A stretch of 32,000 bases of DNA from Clostridia bacterium (GTDB taxonomy: Bacteria; Bacillota; Clostridia; Oscillospirales; Acutalibacteraceae), in NCBI GenBank assembly GCA_017409845.1, contig JAFQRY010000009.1, positions 45,715-77,714 on the forward strand, read 5' to 3'. Below, one piece after another: positions 1 through 7,978 of the stretch. The translations under genes and the position numbers were made by a program. Every line of letters starts with the position of its first letter. The stretch's first letter is position 1. The notes beneath the pieces were generated by a model, which was not told the DNA's origin, made no database searches, and worked only from the letters and a program-made list of their open reading frames with translations.

Positions 1-810
1 GTAGCCCGTCCAGCCGACAGACCACACGTCATAAACATATTCCATGAAGTTGAGATGCTTTGTAACCTTGTGTGCATCCTTGCCGAATTTTTCCTTGATT
101 TTAACCCAGTGCCAGTCCATGTCAACCGTTGCAACGGTAATGGGGATTTCTTCCTCCTTGAATTTATCCATGAGGTCAAGATATTCATCCTGAGAATAAT
201 CCTTATATCTGCTCCACCAGTTTGAAAGAGCATATCTCGGAATGAGGGGCACCTTGCCCGTAAGCTTATATAAATCGGTTGTTGCACCTATATAATCATA
301 TCCGTAGGCGAAATAGTATTTGTCGCTTCCCTTGTTATCCTTGGGAAGAATTGAGCCGTCGGGCTTTATGGCAAGAGTTTTGCTGTCATCAAGAATTGCA
401 ACACCGTTTTTTGAGCATACACCGTCTGTGAGAGTGATGATGCCTGCGGTGATATCAAGGGTGCGGCATGTGCCCTTAAGGTTGCCTGACTTGTAGTTTT
501 TAACCGTTCTGCCGTCGGCAAGCTCAATGCGGAGCATCTTATTTGATTTTAATGAATAGACGAATTTCGCACCCGAGGTTTTTATTTCGATAATGCCGTT
601 TGAGTCTTTTACTTCAAAATCCGTTTTGCAGAAGTCACGGAACCACACGCTCTGGGTGGGCTCATCACAGAATTTTCCGTCCTTCTGTGTTTCAACACGC
701 AAAAGGCAGGGGGCGATAACGGTGAGTCTTGTTTTACCCTTTGTTATTGTCTGTTTTTCGGGTGCAACAGGTGAGCAGTCGATTCTGAATCTTTTTGAAA
801 AATTATCCAT
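1..810 (-). CDS. Glycoside hydrolase family 31 protein, N-terminal part (gene continues past the left window edge)
   Basis: Absent from the ORF track because it is open at the edge. My minus-strand translation from ATG 810-808 gives MDNFSKRFRIDCSPVAPEKQ...IPRYALSNWWSRYKDYSQDEYLDLMDKFKEEEIPITVATVDMDWHW...GWTGY, typical of the entry into the GH31 catalytic barrel. The start overlaps the upstream MFS stop by 8 nt (ATGGATAA). Confidence 0.75.
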   Translation of the reverse strand, partial: MDNFSKRFRIDCSPVAPEKQTITKGKTRLTVIAPCLLRVETQKDGKFCDEPTQSVWFRDFCKTDFEVKDSNGIIEIKTSGAKFVYSLKSNKMLRIELADGRTVKNYKSGNLKGTCRTLDITAGIITLTDGVCSKNGVAILDDSKTLAIKPDGSILPKDNKGSDKYYFAYGYDYIGATTDLYKLTGKVPLIPRYALSNWWSRYKDYSQDEYLDLMDKFKEEEIPITVATVDMDWHWVKIKEKFGKDAHKVTKHLNFMEYVYDVWSVGWTGY

Positions 811-2062
811 GATAATCTCCCTTCATTTTCTTGAAATAATGCATTGCGAATATGATAACCCCGATGCCGAGAAGGGGATAAATTGCAGTAACAAGCATTC
901 CCGCCTTGAGACCGATTTGCTCGGTCATAAGACCCGTTGATGCTGCAAGCTCTGCAGCAAAGCTGCTTTCGGCAACCTTATCAACAACAATTCCGAGAAG
1001 CTGTGGAGCAACCGAGGCTCCGAGGTCGCCGCTTGATGCCATGAGGGCATATGCCGCAACGCCGATTCCGGGGATATTTTCTTCCATCATAATAAGTGTT
1101 CCGGGCCAGAGCATCGAGGTGAAAAGACCCGTCAATATGCATGCGGCAAAAGCAAAAGCAACATTTGACGAAAGTCCGGTAACGAGGTAGCAGACAGCCG
1201 CACCTGCCATGCCGCAAAGGAGAACTCTCATAATGTTCTTGCCGAATTTCGCATAGGAAATTCTTGCAATGCCGAGGAGAATTGCAAACATTGCCATGCC
1301 GAGGATATCGCCGACGGCTTTGTCAATCTGAAGAGCGTTTTCCATATAGGCTGAAACCCAGTTTGACATTGAGTTTTCCGCACAGCTGCCGAAGAAAATC
1401 GAGGCAACGCATATTGCAAGAGCAAGAGTCCTTCTGCGGGTGCCCTTTGTGCCTTCTCCGTCAGAGGAGCTTTCCTCCATGTCGGGCATGGGTGAAAGCA
1501 TAAACATAATTGCAGCGGAAACGGGAAGAACAGCCCAGAAAATTGTGAGCCACATCCAGTTTTCCGAACCGAAAAATCTGAGGAAAAGGGTGCTGATAAC
1601 AACAACCGTAAAAACGCCGAAGGCATAAAGCGAATGAAGAAGGCTCATATCCTTTTGCGGATTATCCGAAGGAATTGCGGCAATAACGGGGCTGAGAAGC
1701 ACTTCTGAAAGTCCTGCCGAAACAGAGAAAATCACCGTTCCGATAACGAGACCTATGTATGCATACTGCGGAAAAAGCTTTGGAAAAACTGCATAGATGA
1801 GCAGACCTGCCGAGGTTATAAGCGGCATGATTCTGACAACTTTTTTAACATTGAAGTGCTTTGAAAAGACGGTAAAGATGAGGTCAACCGTCATCTGGGT
1901 GCAGAAGTTTGTGAGCACAAGAGTGCCTAGAAGGGTGTATGAAATGCCGTAAATATCCTGAAGTGAAGCAAAAAGGAGGGGCGGCAGACTGAAAACCGAT
2001 GACATGGTGAAATATGCCAGATAGCAGGCAAGCTTTGTGCGTTTGAATTTGTTTGCGATCAT
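803..2062 (-). CDS. MFS-type transporter (about 12 TM), probably a sugar or glycoside importer co-transcribed with GH31
   Basis: 419-aa ORF, hydrophobic throughout with a charged central loop (EESSSDGEGTKGTRRR). GGGAG RBS lies 7 nt before the ATG. Translationally coupled to the downstream GH31 gene. Confidence 0.8.
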   Translation of the reverse strand: MIANKFKRTKLACYLAYFTMSSVFSLPPLLFASLQDIYGISYTLLGTLVLTNFCTQMTVDLIFTVFSKHFNVKKVVRIMPLITSAGLLIYAVFPKLFPQYAYIGLVIGTVIFSVSAGLSEVLLSPVIAAIPSDNPQKDMSLLHSLYAFGVFTVVVISTLFLRFFGSENWMWLTIFWAVLPVSAAIMFMLSPMPDMEESSSDGEGTKGTRRRTLALAICVASIFFGSCAENSMSNWVSAYMENALQIDKAVGDILGMAMFAILLGIARISYAKFGKNIMRVLLCGMAGAAVCYLVTGLSSNVAFAFAACILTGLFTSMLWPGTLIMMEENIPGIGVAAYALMASSGDLGASVAPQLLGIVVDKVAESSFAAELAASTGLMTEQIGLKAGMLVTAIYPLLGIGVIIFAMHYFKKMKGDYHG

Positions 2063-2116
2063 GTGAATCTCCCTAAAGTTTTATTTAAAAATAATTATAA
2101 CATATATTAACATAAA

Positions 2117-2162
2117 GTAAAATACCTCTGCGAAAAAAGAATTGTCTTTTTTCGCAGAGGTA
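2117..2162 (-). terminator. Rho-independent terminator ending the aspS-gatA-gatB operon
   Basis: 16-bp stem acctctgcgaaaaaag / cttttttcgcagaggt (2124-2139 / 2146-2161) just after the gatB stop, followed on the minus strand by TTTT. Confidence 0.75.
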
Positions 2163-2168
2163 TCAATG

Positions 2169-3578
2169 TTATTTATTAAGTTCCTTTTCAAGAAGCTCAC
2201 GGATAACAGCGGGGTCGCCGTTGCCTCTGAGCTCTTTCATAACCGAGCCGAAGAGTGACTGCATTGCTTTGACCTTGCCGCTCTTGTAGTCGGCAACCGC
2301 TTTATCGTTTTCGGCGATAACACGGCGGACTGTGTCAAGAATAAAGCCGTCATCAATCTTTGCGTTGAGGCTGTTTTCTTCACAGTATTTGTCAACATCA
2401 ACATCATCTTCAAATACTGCCGAAAGAACCTTTTTGCCTGCCGCACGGGTGATTTCTCCGCTCTCAACGAGCTCAATGATTCTGCTGAGCTTGTCGGGGC
2501 TGATTTCAAGAGAGGCGAGCTCAAGTCGCTTCATCTGACCCATGCATTCGGTGAGAATCCAGCTTGCAACGGTCTTGGGGCTTCTGCCCGATGCAACAAC
2601 CGCATCAAACATATCCGAAAGCTTTCTGTCGGAAGCGAGAACGGATGCTTCTTTTGCGGCAATGCCCATTTCCTCATAGTAGCCGCTCTTCTCTTCGGAG
2701 GTTGCGGGCATGCTTGCCTTGATTTCTGCAAGCCATTCATCGTCAATAACGATGGGCATGAGGTTGGGGTCGGGGAAATATCTGTAGTCCGCTGCGGTTT
2801 CCTTGTTTCTCATGGGGAAGGTGCGGCGCTTGACATCATCCCAGCGGCGGGTTTCCTGAACAAGCATTTCCGTGTGACGCTCGATTGCATCAACGTGGCG
2901 GACCTTTTCAAACTCGATTGCATCCTTGATTTCGGAGAGCGAGCTCATGTTTTTGATTTCTGAACGGACGCCGAGCTCATCCGAGCCCTCAGGGCGAACG
3001 GAAATATTGACGTCGCATCTCATTGCACCTTCTTCGCATTCGGAAATGCCTGCAAACTGAAGGCTTGATTTAAGCTTCTTGAGATATGCGATAACCTCAT
3101 CCGACGAACGGAAATCGGGTCTGCTGACGATTTCGATAAGAGGAACGCTGGTGCGGTTATAGTCAACGAATGAAGTGTTTGTTGCTTCGTCGTGAACAAG
3201 CTTGCCTGCGTCTTCCTCAACATGAATCTGCTTGATGCCGATTGTTCTGTCGCCAATCTGAACGCTGCCGTCAACGCAGATGGGGTGGAACCACTGAGTT
3301 ATCTGATAAGCACAGGGAAGGTCGGGATAATAATAGCTCTTCTTATCGAAGGTTGTGTACTGGTTGATTTTGCAGTTGAGCATGAAGCCTGCCTTGACTG
3401 CAAGCTCGATTGCGTGTTTGTTGGTTACGGGAAGCATACCGGGCATACCGCTGCAGGCAGGGCATACGCAGTCGTTGGGCTCCTTGGGGCTTGAATGACC
3501 GCCGCAGGAGCAGAAAAGCTTTGAATCGGTGGAAAGTTCAACGTGAGTTTCCAAACCTATAACAAGTTCGTATTTCAT
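2169..3578 (-). CDS. gatB: Asp-tRNA(Asn)/Glu-tRNA(Gln) amidotransferase subunit B
   Basis: 469 aa. N-terminus MKYELVIGLETHVELSTDSKLFCSC plus a YqeY-like tail are classic GatB. Its GGAGGTG RBS lies inside the 3' end of the upstream gatA-like gene, 3 nt from that gene's stop. Confidence 0.95.
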   Translation of the reverse strand: MKYELVIGLETHVELSTDSKLFCSCGGHSSPKEPNDCVCPACSGMPGMLPVTNKHAIELAVKAGFMLNCKINQYTTFDKKSYYYPDLPCAYQITQWFHPICVDGSVQIGDRTIGIKQIHVEEDAGKLVHDEATNTSFVDYNRTSVPLIEIVSRPDFRSSDEVIAYLKKLKSSLQFAGISECEEGAMRCDVNISVRPEGSDELGVRSEIKNMSSLSEIKDAIEFEKVRHVDAIERHTEMLVQETRRWDDVKRRTFPMRNKETAADYRYFPDPNLMPIVIDDEWLAEIKASMPATSEEKSGYYEEMGIAAKEASVLASDRKLSDMFDAVVASGRSPKTVASWILTECMGQMKRLELASLEISPDKLSRIIELVESGEITRAAGKKVLSAVFEDDVDVDKYCEENSLNAKIDDGFILDTVRRVIAENDKAVADYKSGKVKAMQSLFGSVMKELRGNGDPAVIRELLEKELNK

Positions 3579-3581
3579 TAT

Positions 3582-4760
3582 TTACACCTCCACGCTTTTT
3601 GCAATGCTGAGAAGCACGCTTTCTTTATATGAATCGGAAATGAGCTGAACACCCTTTGTTACCATTGCGGGAACGCCCGTGATTGAAGGGATTGCGGTGA
3701 AAAGGCTTTCTTCATAAACCTTTTCAAAAGCATCCGAAGCATCATAGGGAGCGTAGGCTGTCTGTGAGCATGCGGGAGCAAGGATTGCATCATATTCTGC
3801 AAGGATTTCTCTTACCTTATCGCAAACAATGCGGCGGATACGGAGCGATTTATCATAGCATTTTTCGTATTTTGCCTTTGCGAGAACATCCGAACCGTAG
3901 ATGATTGTTGCCTTTGCAAGGAAGCCCATTGATTCGGAGCGGCTCTTTACATAAAGCTCGTCAATGTTTTTGTATTCGGGAGTTCTGTAGCCGTATTTAA
4001 CGCCGTCAAATCTTGAAAGATTGTTGGTGGTTTCGGCTGCCATGAGAATCTGCCATGCGGTCTGTGCCTGAGAAGCAACATCAATTGAAACGGTTTCAAC
4101 CGTTGCACCGATTTTCTTAAGGCTTTCCGCATAAGCATCAATGCTTGCTTTGACTTCTGCACCTGCAGCTTCATAAAGCTCTTTTGCAATGCAGATTTTC
4201 ATTGCGGAAACATCTTCGCTTGTTGAATATTCGTATTTTTCGGCAGGAAGGCTTGTGCCGTCCTTGCTGTCGTGACCTGCAATAACGGTGAGGATTTCCT
4301 TTGCATCCTCTGCGTTTGCTGCGGTAACGCCGATCTGCTCACCCGAGCATGCACAGGCGATAATGCCGTAGCGTGAAACTGTGCCGTAGGTAGGCTTTAT
4401 GAAATCAACGCCCGAAACAGCTGCCGCACGGCGGGGTGCACCGTTGAGGTCAACATTGAGAGCAGCCTTTACTTTGCCCGAGGCAACAAGTGCTGCGGCT
4501 GCACCGACAAGCTTGCCGTTTTCGGTTTCGGGAGCAAAATATGAGGTTTCACCGAGAAGGTCCAGACCGAATTCGCCGACATTTGTTTTGCCTGCGATTT
4601 CATAGTCTGCTTTTTCAAGTCTTTCAACAGCCTCCGCACTGAAAAGGGGCTTGAAATTCTCAAGCATTTTTGAGCCTGCGGTTGCGGGAACGCCTTTAAC
4701 AAGAATTGTATCGTCTGCGGCAATTCTGCCTGCCGCATTAATTTCATTAATATAAATCAT
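3582..4760 (-). CDS. GatA-like amidase-signature protein, shortened, with degenerate catalytic motifs
   Basis: 392 aa against about 485 for typical GatA. Family blocks are retained (KMLENF, KTNVGEF, KPTYGTVSRYG, NNLSRFDGVKYGY). GGSSGGS reads GKLVGAA and DTGGSIR reads DLNGAPR. It occupies the gatA slot between aspS-gatC and gatB. Confidence 0.8.
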   Translation of the reverse strand: MIYINEINAAGRIAADDTILVKGVPATAGSKMLENFKPLFSAEAVERLEKADYEIAGKTNVGEFGLDLLGETSYFAPETENGKLVGAAAALVASGKVKAALNVDLNGAPRRAAAVSGVDFIKPTYGTVSRYGIIACACSGEQIGVTAANAEDAKEILTVIAGHDSKDGTSLPAEKYEYSTSEDVSAMKICIAKELYEAAGAEVKASIDAYAESLKKIGATVETVSIDVASQAQTAWQILMAAETTNNLSRFDGVKYGYRTPEYKNIDELYVKSRSESMGFLAKATIIYGSDVLAKAKYEKCYDKSLRIRRIVCDKVREILAEYDAILAPACSQTAYAPYDASDAFEKVYEESLFTAIPSITGVPAMVTKGVQLISDSYKESVLLSIAKSVEV

Positions 4761-4771
4761 TTATCTGCACC

Positions 4772-6880
4772 TCACTTAACAAGTCTGGGAACCTGCCAGC
4801 TGTCTTCCGTGCTCTGGGGAGCACCTTCAAGCAGGTCTTTGCGGGCAAAGGGCTGATTTCTGCCGTCGTTTCTGAGAACATTTGTCATGGGCATAACATA
4901 AACCATGGCTTCAACATCCGCAGTATCGGTCTTTTCAAGCTTTGCTTCGTTTTTACCCATCATATCAAGGATTTTCTGCATCTTTTTCTTTTCGTCTGCA
5001 TCAAAGCAGAGCTCGTTTACGCTTTCAAGCTCCCTGAGCCAGCCCTCCTTGGTCATTGCACCGCCCTTAGCGGATTTGACGGTTGCGGCAAATGCGGAAT
5101 TATCGCTTTCACTGCCGCCGACCTCAACGCTGCCGCCCTTGCCTCTGATGCTGACATTAGCCTCAAAGAGCTGAAGCTCGGTAACTTCGCCGGGTGCACC
5201 GAGCATCTGATCCTGTGCGGTGCCGTCAAGCGGGAATGCGATAACATCACGGATTGTTTCGGTGTCTGCAAGAAGCATGATGATTCTGTCAACGCCGGGT
5301 GCCATACCTGCATGGGGAGGAGCACCGAACTGGAATGCATTATAGAGTGCACTGAAGCGTCTTTCAACCTCATCCTCGCTGTAGCCTGCAATTTCAAATG
5401 CCTTGCGCATGATTTCGGGGCTGTGGTTTCTTACCGCACCCGAAGCAAGCTCGATGCCGTTACAAACAAGGTCATACTGATATGCAAGAATTTCGCAGGG
5501 ATCCATATTCTCAAGTGCATCAAGACCGCCCTGAGGCATTGAGAACGGATTGTGTGTGAATATAATCTTATCTGTTGTTTCGTCACGCTCATACATGGGG
5601 AAATCAACAACAAAGCAGAATTCAAATGAATCATTCTTTATAAGCTCAAGCTCATTGCCGAGCCATGTGCGGATAACGCCTGCATTCTTATCGGCAACAT
5701 CTGCAATGTTATCGCAGATGAAGAAGATTGTTTCGCCTTCCTTAACGCCTGTGAGCTCAACGATTTCTTTCTTTTCTTCTTCTGTCATAACCTTGCTGAT
5801 GGGGTCATCCTTGAAGCCGTAGTTTGCGGCATCAAGAAGGGTAATATGTGCAAGACCTGCCATCTTTGCCTGCTTTGTTGCGAATGCAAGGGATTTATCA
5901 AAGAACCATCTTTCGTTTTTGCAGGGAGCAACGATTGCTCTGACGAATTTATTCATAAAGGGCTTGAACTGAACCCTCTTGAACATATCGGTAAGGTCGC
6001 AGATGATAAGGGGATTGCGAAGGTCGGGCTTATCCGAGCCGTATTTTGCCATTGCTTCCGCATAAGGAATGCGGCGGAAGGGCGAAGCGGTAACCTTCTT
6101 ATCGGAGAAGGTTCTGAAAATATCGCTTACAACGCTTTCGCAGACCTCAAGGACCTCGTCCTGAGTTGAAAATGCCATTTCAAAGTCGAGCTGATAGAAT
6201 TCGCCGGGTGAACGGTCGGCACGGGCATCCTCGTCTCTGAAGCAGGGAGCAATCTGATAATATTTATCGAAGCCCGAAACCATGAGCAGCTGCTTGAACT
6301 GCTGAGGTGCCTGCGGCAGAGCATAAAACTTGCCGGGATGCTTTCTGCTGGGAACAAGGAAGTCTCTTGCACCCTCGGGAGATGAAGCGGTGAGGATGGG
6401 AGTCTGGATATCAAGGAAGCCTCTTTCTTCCATGAGCTTTCTCATGTGACCGATAACCTTTGAACGAAGAAGAATATTCTTGTGAAGGTCAGGATTTCTC
6501 AGGTCAAGGAATCTGTGCTTGAGGCGGATATTTTCGTTTGTGTCGTTTGAGCCGATTTCAAAGGGAAGGTCACGGCTGCATACACCGAGAACATCGAGCT
6601 TATCGCAAACGAGCTCAACAAGACCTGTTTCGATTTTGGGGTTAACCGTGCTTTCGTCACGCTTGGTTACAACGCCCGAAACAGAAATAACCGTTTCCTT
6701 GCTGATGCCCTTAACGAGATTTTCGTCGTGAACAACAACCTGGGTTACGCCCGTTTCGTCACGCAGGTCAACGAAAAGAACGCCGCCGTGGTCACGGATA
6801 ACGTCAACCCAGCCTGCAAGCTCAACTCTCTGACCGATGTGACTCTCTCTTATTTCGTTACATCTGTGAGTTCTGTACAT
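4772..6880 (-). CDS. aspS: Aspartyl-tRNA synthetase with a C-terminal GatC domain (AspRS-GatC fusion)
   Basis: 702 aa. Bacterial AspRS features run from the OB-fold N-terminus through FRDEDARADR to GAPPHAGMAPGVDRIIMLL...IRDVIAFP, up to about residue 585. A G/S/A linker follows, then a 94-aa GatC-like tail (nt 4775-5056). Confidence 0.9.
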   Translation of the reverse strand: MYRTHRCNEIRESHIGQRVELAGWVDVIRDHGGVLFVDLRDETGVTQVVVHDENLVKGISKETVISVSGVVTKRDESTVNPKIETGLVELVCDKLDVLGVCSRDLPFEIGSNDTNENIRLKHRFLDLRNPDLHKNILLRSKVIGHMRKLMEERGFLDIQTPILTASSPEGARDFLVPSRKHPGKFYALPQAPQQFKQLLMVSGFDKYYQIAPCFRDEDARADRSPGEFYQLDFEMAFSTQDEVLEVCESVVSDIFRTFSDKKVTASPFRRIPYAEAMAKYGSDKPDLRNPLIICDLTDMFKRVQFKPFMNKFVRAIVAPCKNERWFFDKSLAFATKQAKMAGLAHITLLDAANYGFKDDPISKVMTEEEKKEIVELTGVKEGETIFFICDNIADVADKNAGVIRTWLGNELELIKNDSFEFCFVVDFPMYERDETTDKIIFTHNPFSMPQGGLDALENMDPCEILAYQYDLVCNGIELASGAVRNHSPEIMRKAFEIAGYSEDEVERRFSALYNAFQFGAPPHAGMAPGVDRIIMLLADTETIRDVIAFPLDGTAQDQMLGAPGEVTELQLFEANVSIRGKGGSVEVGGSESDNSAFAATVKSAKGGAMTKEGWLRELESVNELCFDADEKKKMQKILDMMGKNEAKLEKTDTADVEAMVYVMPMTNVLRNDGRNQPFARKDLLEGAPQSTEDSWQVPRLVK

Positions 6881-6920
6881 TTTATCATACCTCCGTTTGG
6901 TGGTTTATCTTCTTTACAAT

Positions 6921-6983
6921 TAATAATGAAAAATGAATAATGAATAATGAAAAATTAATGATAGGCTGCGCCTATGACCGATT
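6921..6983 (+). repeat. Interspersed repeat family R1 (AATGAATAAT-rich tract + short hairpin + CCGATT), copy a, inside the aspS 5' UTR
   Basis: taataatgaaaaatgaataatgaataatgaaaaattaatgATAGGCtgcGCCTATgaccgatt matches 22353-22408 (...aataatgaataatgaataattaaggAAGGGCtacGCCCTTgcccgatt). The stem sequence differs between copies but pairing is kept. Confidence 0.6.
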
Positions 6984-6998
6984 TGATATTTTGTAAAA

Positions 6999-7215
6999 AC
7001 AAAAAATCCCGGGAACTTCAGAAATGAAATTCCCGGGACGAGTAATTTAACCCGCGGTGCCACCCGTATTGATACATATAAATATGTATCCGCTTTTAGT
7101 ATTATAATGTGGGGAACCGTTGAAGTGTTGCCGTGCTTACTACTTATCCGAAGTGCACTTTCAGCCCATGATGCACTCTCTCTTTCGGACTTTCCAAAAA
7201 AGCCGAGTCTTCAAA
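6999..7215 (-). promoter_or_regulatory. T-box riboswitch leader of the aspS-gatA-gatB operon (candidate Asn specifier)
   Basis: The minus strand carries the T-box core AATACGGGTGGCACCGCGGG (7049-7070). It is followed by terminator TCCCGGGAAtttcatttctgaagTTCCCGGGA + TTTTTTG (7000-7038). Upstream are an AGAGAG motif and an AGTGCA...TGCACT helix. GGC-AAC-A precedes the helix strand CTTCAA, which pairs with TTGAAG at the 5' end. Confidence 0.85.
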
Positions 7216-7219
7216 TCGC

Positions 7220-7248
7220 ATTATAACAAATTGAAAAAGCCTTGTCAA
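7220..7248 (-). promoter_or_regulatory. Consensus sigma-A promoter driving the T-box leader
   Basis: Minus strand TTGACA (7248-7243), 17 nt spacer, TATAAT (7225-7220). Confidence 0.65.
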
Positions 7249-7335
7249 TCGTCATTATTAAATAAATCTGGTTTTTTTGCAGCACTTGATATGTTATATT
7301 TTTACATTAAAATTATAATGCCGCACACAGCCGGA

Positions 7336-7578
7336 TTATTTTATTTCCTGTTCAAGAGAATTGAATTCATCGGTATCAAAGAACTCTGCAAGAGTGATGC
7401 CGAGACCGTCGCATATTATTTTAATCGTCAGCAGCTTGGGGTTCATGCTTCTGCCGTAAAGGATTGCTTTGAGTGATGAAGGCGGAAGACCGCACATGTT
7501 TGCAAGCCTGTTTATTGTTATATTTCTTTCTCCGCAAAGCTGCAATATGCGGTTTTTAACAGCGGTTACAGTATCCAT
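7336..7578 (-). CDS. XRE-family helix-turn-helix transcriptional regulator
   Basis: 80 aa. ...RILQLCGERNITINRLANMCGLPPSSLKAIL... is a typical HTH_XRE (Cro/C1) fold. Confidence 0.8.
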   Translation of the reverse strand: MDTVTAVKNRILQLCGERNITINRLANMCGLPPSSLKAILYGRSMNPKLLTIKIICDGLGITLAEFFDTDEFNSLEQEIK

Positions 7579-7696
7579 AATTCCACATCCGTAATAAGTG
7601 TTTTATTATAGAATATGAAATTCTGATTGAAATTATAGGCGATGCGTGATACCATATAGGCGACACATTGCCCATAAAATGAAAGGACGATAAAAA

Positions 7697-7897
7697 ATGA
7701 ATAATTTGAAAAAACTCAGAGCCGAAAAAAATATTTCCCAGGCAGCTTTATGCGAGGAGCTGAAAAAATTCAACTGTTTTATTGAACGCTCGGCATATTC
7801 CAAATTTGAAACAGGGAGCAGAGAAATGGGTGCAGGAATTCTCACGGTATTTGCTGATTATTTCGGCGTAACGGTTGATTATATTCTTGGCAGATAA
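7697..7897 (+). CDS. XRE-family helix-turn-helix transcriptional regulator
   Basis: 66 aa. MNNLKKLRAEKNISQAALCEEL...SAYSKFETGSREM. Divergent from the 7336-7578 gene. Confidence 0.8.
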   Translation: MNNLKKLRAEKNISQAALCEELKKFNCFIERSAYSKFETGSREMGAGILTVFADYFGVTVDYILGR

Positions 7898-7913
7898 ACT
7901 TCTTCAATTCCTG

Positions 7914-7942
7914 TTTACAAATTGCCATTATTATATTATAAT
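7914..7942 (+). promoter_or_regulatory. Sigma-A-type promoter for the DUF2804-like gene
   Basis: TTTACA (7914-7919), 17 nt spacer, TATAAT (7937-7942). Confidence 0.5.
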
Positions 7943-7978
7943 ACCATTAATAAAAATATATGCATGGAGGGAATAATA

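Noticed and set aside
7120-7476. 118-aa plus-strand ORF from the track
   Set aside because: It lies antisense across the T-box leader and its promoter and runs into the 3' end of the XRE gene. It has no RBS. The region is fully explained by the riboswitch and promoter on the minus strand.
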